Source: Verrucomicrobiota bacterium
Lineage (GTDB): Bacteria > Verrucomicrobiota > Verrucomicrobiia > Limisphaerales > CANJXF01
Length of the DNA: 19,824 bases
Assembly: GCA_038214755.1 (NCBI GenBank)
Contig: JBBQRQ010000094.1
Location: 1 to 19,824, forward strand
Direction of reading: 5' to 3'
The notes under the pieces are model-generated. The model was given only the letters and a program-made list of their open reading frames with translations. It ran no database searches and was not told the DNA's origin. Shown here one piece after another: positions 16,162-19,824 of the stretch. Position numbers and translations under genes: made by a program. The first letter of the stretch is position 1; the number at the start of each line of letters is the position of its first letter.

Positions 16162-18588
16162 TTATGGAATTCCTCTCGCCCGGAATACTCGGGAAGTAGT
16201 GGACAGGGAAACGGCGTTCGTGAAATCAAGTTGCTTCGCGCTGTTGGTCATCAGCGGTGTCCAGGTTTGAAAGTTATCAGAATATTCGAGCAGGTAAGTT
16301 ACGCTCTCGTTACAATTGATGCGGGATTTGAAAATATTTCCGGGCAGGAGTTGCGTCCTGGAAAAAGCCAAAGTGAAAGGCGGCATGAAATTAATCGTGT
16401 CGTTCCAGCGGGCTATACCTGACGAGTCACTCAGACCGGCTCCACTGAAGGTCCCGATGACGAAAACGTCATCGCCCCGAATTGCGAAACCACTCGGGCG
16501 CACGACGGGCGAGTCCGCATAAAATCCGCTGCCCAGCGGCTCCCATTTTGCGCCATTCCAGCGGGCGATGCCGTTGGCGTCCACGCCGCTGACATTTGTG
16601 AATATGCCCGCTATATAAAGTGTGTCCCCCAGAAAAGTCAAAGCGCGAACCTGGGGATTCGACGGACCGGTTACGCCGCCCCCCAATGCTGACCAGGTTG
16701 AGCCGTCCCATTTGGCAATGCCGCGAGCGGTGTTCGTCCCGGCGGTCGTGAAGGAACCACCGACGTAAACGTCGGTGCCATGCAGAGCAATGGCAAAGAC
16801 GGCATTGTTCACGCCATTAGATGAACCGTTGAGAAAAGGTGACCAATTCGAACCGTTCCACTTCGCAATCCGGTTGGCCGTGCTCCCTCCCGCAGCGGTG
16901 AAAGAACCACCCACGTAAACATCGCCCCCGGACGCGGCGATGGCGCTGACGGTGCCGCCGACACCGGTTCCGAGGTTTCGCCAGGCCGATCCATCCCAGC
17001 GGGCAATGCGATTGACGGTGATTGTGGAAGGCGGGTCGTAGGCCAAAGTGAAACCGCCACCGGCATATACGTCGGTGGGGGTCGTCGCAAGGACGTTCAC
17101 GCTGGAATCGAAGCCCAAGCCCATGTTCGACCAGTTTGCTCCGTTCCAGCGCGCGATGTTACTGACGTTGATTCCGCCGACGTTGGTAAATGTTCCGCCA
17201 ACGAACACGTCCTTGCCACGGCCCTCAATGGCAAGCACCCGGTTCGCGCTACTCGCCCCTCCAGCGGTGCCGCCGCCAACATTGAACCAGTTTGTTCCGT
17301 CCCATCGCGCGATACGGTTGGCCAGCGTCTTTCCGGCGATAGTGAAAAGTCCGCCGACGTAAATGCCATCGTCAGCCTGGCCGATGCACCCCACGTTAAT
17401 GGCGGGCGTGGTAAACCCATTGGCCGGTTTCGCGCCGAGCGCATGAAAATTGATTCCGTCGTAACGCGCGACGTGATTAGCATTGACGCCCCCCGCCTGA
17501 TTGAAAGCGCCACCGATGTAAAGCGAGCCGTCTTTGACCACCATGCGATTGGCTGCGTCGTTCAACGGATATTGAAAAACACCGTCCGTGATCGGCCAAG
17601 TCGCCCACGAAGATCCGTTCCATTTGGCGAACGAACGCGCGCTCACGCCGCCCACGTCTGTGAACCCGCCGCCGACGTAAATATCCGAGCCGAGAATGCC
17701 GATGCAGCTCACACCGCTCTTGCAGCCGGTGCCCAAGGCAGACCACGACGCCCCGTTCCATTTTGCAATGCTGAACGCGGAGATGCCGCCCGCGACCGAG
17801 AAATCGCCTCCCACATATAAGTCATCTCCCTGAAACGCCAACGCCGAAACGGCGCCGTTTACACCGCCACCCACGCCCGACCAGTTCACGCCGTCCCAGA
17901 CGGCGATGTTCGAGAGCGCTATGTTGCCTGTGTTCGTAAAGTGGCCACCCGCGTAGAGCTGGCCGTTATGCCACTCCAGCACGTCCACTTCTGGACTAGC
18001 GCCGCCGACATAGTAACCGAGGCTGCTGCCAAGCGCATACCAGTTGGTGCCATCGAATCGCGCGATGTTCGTGTTCAACACGCCGCCCGCGTTGGTGAAC
18101 GATCCGCCGACGTAAAGATTTGTCCCGTCGGAAACCAGCGCGAGGGCGACGCCAGCGAAACCGATACTCGACCAATCGCGCCCGTTCCACTTCGCCAGAC
18201 CCGACGTCGTCACGCCGTCGGCCTTTGAAAAAACTCCGCCCACATAGACATCATTGCCCAGGAAACCGACGTCGTAAACAATGCATAAGCTACTGCCGGA
18301 CACTTCGCCAATCGTGCTAGTCCAGTTGGTCCCGTCGAAGATGTCCACGCCGGTGTTCGTGCCGAGCAGTCCACCCGCGCCGACGGGATAGCCGCTCGCG
18401 TAGAGCTTATCGCCGTTGAAGCGCAGCGCAAAAACGCGATTAGTCACGCCGGGCAGTCCAAATTGCCTGTCCCAGTGACTGTCGCCAGGTGCCGCCTCGA
18501 GGGACGATGACCCGCTCACTCCAGCAAGGCATGTCCAAGCGAGAAAGTTTTTTGCACAAGAGAAGATCGGGCGGAGAGAGGCTTTCAT
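16162..18588 (-). CDS. Secreted beta-propeller repeat protein (14 repeats) with short C-terminal beta domain
   Basis: Signal-like N-terminus; 14 copies of about 50 aa V.AL.....LYVGG.FT.AGG.....IARW(D/N)G..W..LG; C-terminal YLLEYSDNFQTWTPL...RVFRAR. Confidence 0.88.
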   Translation of the reverse strand: MKASLRPIFSCAKNFLAWTCLAGVSGSSSLEAAPGDSHWDRQFGLPGVTNRVFALRFNGDKLYASGYPVGAGGLLGTNTGVDIFDGTNWTSTIGEVSGSSLCIVYDVGFLGNDVYVGGVFSKADGVTTSGLAKWNGRDWSSIGFAGVALALVSDGTNLYVGGSFTNAGGVLNTNIARFDGTNWYALGSSLGYYVGGASPEVDVLEWHNGQLYAGGHFTNTGNIALSNIAVWDGVNWSGVGGGVNGAVSALAFQGDDLYVGGDFSVAGGISAFSIAKWNGASWSALGTGCKSGVSCIGILGSDIYVGGGFTDVGGVSARSFAKWNGSSWATWPITDGVFQYPLNDAANRMVVKDGSLYIGGAFNQAGGVNANHVARYDGINFHALGAKPANGFTTPAINVGCIGQADDGIYVGGLFTIAGKTLANRIARWDGTNWFNVGGGTAGGASSANRVLAIEGRGKDVFVGGTFTNVGGINVSNIARWNGANWSNMGLGFDSSVNVLATTPTDVYAGGGFTLAYDPPSTITVNRIARWDGSAWRNLGTGVGGTVSAIAASGGDVYVGGSFTAAGGSTANRIAKWNGSNWSPFLNGSSNGVNNAVFAIALHGTDVYVGGSFTTAGTNTARGIAKWDGSTWSALGGGVTGPSNPQVRALTFLGDTLYIAGIFTNVSGVDANGIARWNGAKWEPLGSGFYADSPVVRPSGFAIRGDDVFVIGTFSGAGLSDSSGIARWNDTINFMPPFTLAFSRTQLLPGNIFKSRINCNESVTYLLEYSDNFQTWTPLMTNSAKQLDFTNAVSLSTTSRVFRARGIP

Positions 18589-18907
18589 TTCAAGTAAAAA
18601 TGGCGATGGTAGTTATCCTAGTGAGGCGTGCGCCAGACCCCAATTCTACAAACGGAGTTGCGATCCGGCACCGTTATCCTTTGCGTTAGTTGCCAGGTCA
18701 AGGAGATTTAACTTCATCCTCGCCTAGCGAGTTGCCTCATAAATAAAGACACCGAGGGGGGCTTTAGGGTAGATGAAAACGACCTCCATTCATTTCAGTT
18801 GCTGACGCCGGTTGCTGCCCCAAAAGAAAATGGTTTCGCGCCGCGCAAAAAAAGTAGAGCGGCAGACGGCTTTATCCATTACAACGCTTGGCGGAAAAAA
18901 TTGAATT

Positions 18908-19824
18908 ATGATTCGCTTCGTCATCCGGCGCATTTTGATTTCGATTCCGGTGCTGCTGATCATCGCGGCGCTTTCTTTTTTCATGATTAAAAAAGCGCCG
19001 GGCGGGCCGTTCTCGAAAGAGAAAAACGCGCCGCCGGACGTGATCAAAAAAATCGAAGCGCAATATGGCTTGAACCAGCCGGTCTATAAACAATTCGCGA
19101 CTTACTTGAAAAACGCGGTGCTCCACGGCGATTTGGGGCCGTCGTATCGTTATGCGAATTGGAGCGTGAACGATTTGATCCGCTCCGGCTTCCCCGTCTC
19201 GCTCGAACTCGGCTGTTGGGCTTTGGTGATCGCCATGCTTGTCGGTATTCCAGCGGGGATCATCGCTTCCATCAAACCCAATTCGTTGAGCGATTATTTC
19301 CCGATGTCCGTCGCGATGATGGGAATTTGTCTGCCAACATTCGTGATGGGACCGTTGCTCGTCGGAGTTTTTGCGCTCTGGCTTGGCTGGTATAATTCCT
19401 CCGGCTGGGATTTTACTTACGATCGCATTTTGCCGTCGCTGACTCTTGGCGGGTACTACGCGGCCTACCTGGCGCGACTCACACGGGGCGGAATGCTCGA
19501 GGTGTTGAACCAGGATTTCATTCGCACCGCGCGCGCCAAAGGCGTCAGCGAACTCAGCATTGTAGGGAAACACGCGTTGCAGATCGGGCTGTTGCCGGTG
19601 ATTTCTTTTCTCGGCCCGGCCACGGCGGGTTTGCTCACCGGTTCGTTCGTCGTGGAAACGATTTTTGATATTCCCGGTCTGGGACGGTATTTCGTCACCT
19701 CCGCGTTCAATCGCGATTATCTCCTGCTGATGGGATCGATCATGTTTTACGCCGTGCTGATTGTGACGATGAATTTGATTGTGGACGTTCTGCAAGTCTG
19801 GCTGAACCCAAAACTGCGTTTCGA
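18908..19824 (+). CDS. oppB: Oligopeptide ABC transporter permease (3'-truncated by window)
   Basis: Translated by hand from ATG 18908: MIRFVIRRILISIPVLLIIAALSFFMIKKAPGGPF..., YGLNQP, GDLGPSY, EAA loop RGGMLEVLNQDFIRTARAKG, VETIFDIPGLGRYFV.SAFNRDY, ending WLNPKLRF at the window edge. Confidence 0.93.
   Translation, partial: MIRFVIRRILISIPVLLIIAALSFFMIKKAPGGPFSKEKNAPPDVIKKIEAQYGLNQPVYKQFATYLKNAVLHGDLGPSYRYANWSVNDLIRSGFPVSLELGCWALVIAMLVGIPAGIIASIKPNSLSDYFPMSVAMMGICLPTFVMGPLLVGVFALWLGWYNSSGWDFTYDRILPSLTLGGYYAAYLARLTRGGMLEVLNQDFIRTARAKGVSELSIVGKHALQIGLLPVISFLGPATAGLLTGSFVVETIFDIPGLGRYFVTSAFNRDYLLLMGSIMFYAVLIVTMNLIVDVLQVWLNPKLRF

Noticed and set aside
18675..18700. Minus-strand TTGACC-N17-GATAAC promoter candidate for the propeller gene, or a riboswitch in 18590-18900
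   Set aside because: The -10 element is weak and no conserved riboswitch core was recognised.
18872..19795. 307-aa minus-strand ORF
   Set aside because: Antisense shadow of oppB, which is the real gene but is missing from the track because its stop lies outside the window.

Overview
Bacterial chromosomal window. Gene families and repeat types suggest Verrucomicrobiota, probably Pedosphaera-like (inference). Genes in order: 3' part of a PolX/PHP gene, pyrE, a secreted glycerophosphodiester phosphodiesterase, an orphan RbsA-type sugar ABC ATPase, a membrane-anchored helical-repeat hypothetical protein, a mutarotase-like (DUF4380-type) protein, a tiny membrane ORF, a frameshifted ankyrin pseudogene, a PVC-type dehydrogenase/HEAT/heme-c protein, a bacterial PH-domain protein, an OPT/YSL transporter divergent from oppA, a 14-blade beta-propeller surface protein lying antisense between oppA and oppB, and oppB (runs off the window and is absent from the ORF track). 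Many intergenic gaps hold palindromic REP-like elements of several distinct families. The most striking structure is at 11209-11654, where three layers are nested. The outer layer is an internally deleted IS200/IS605-type relic that still encodes a transposase-like C-terminus (YEIDERYLWD*). It is interrupted by a 170-bp MITE with 24-bp terminal inverted repeats and a perfect 9-bp target duplication. The MITE carries a REP doublet that also occurs free at 1008-1103. No CRISPR, tRNA, rRNA or intact transposase was seen.
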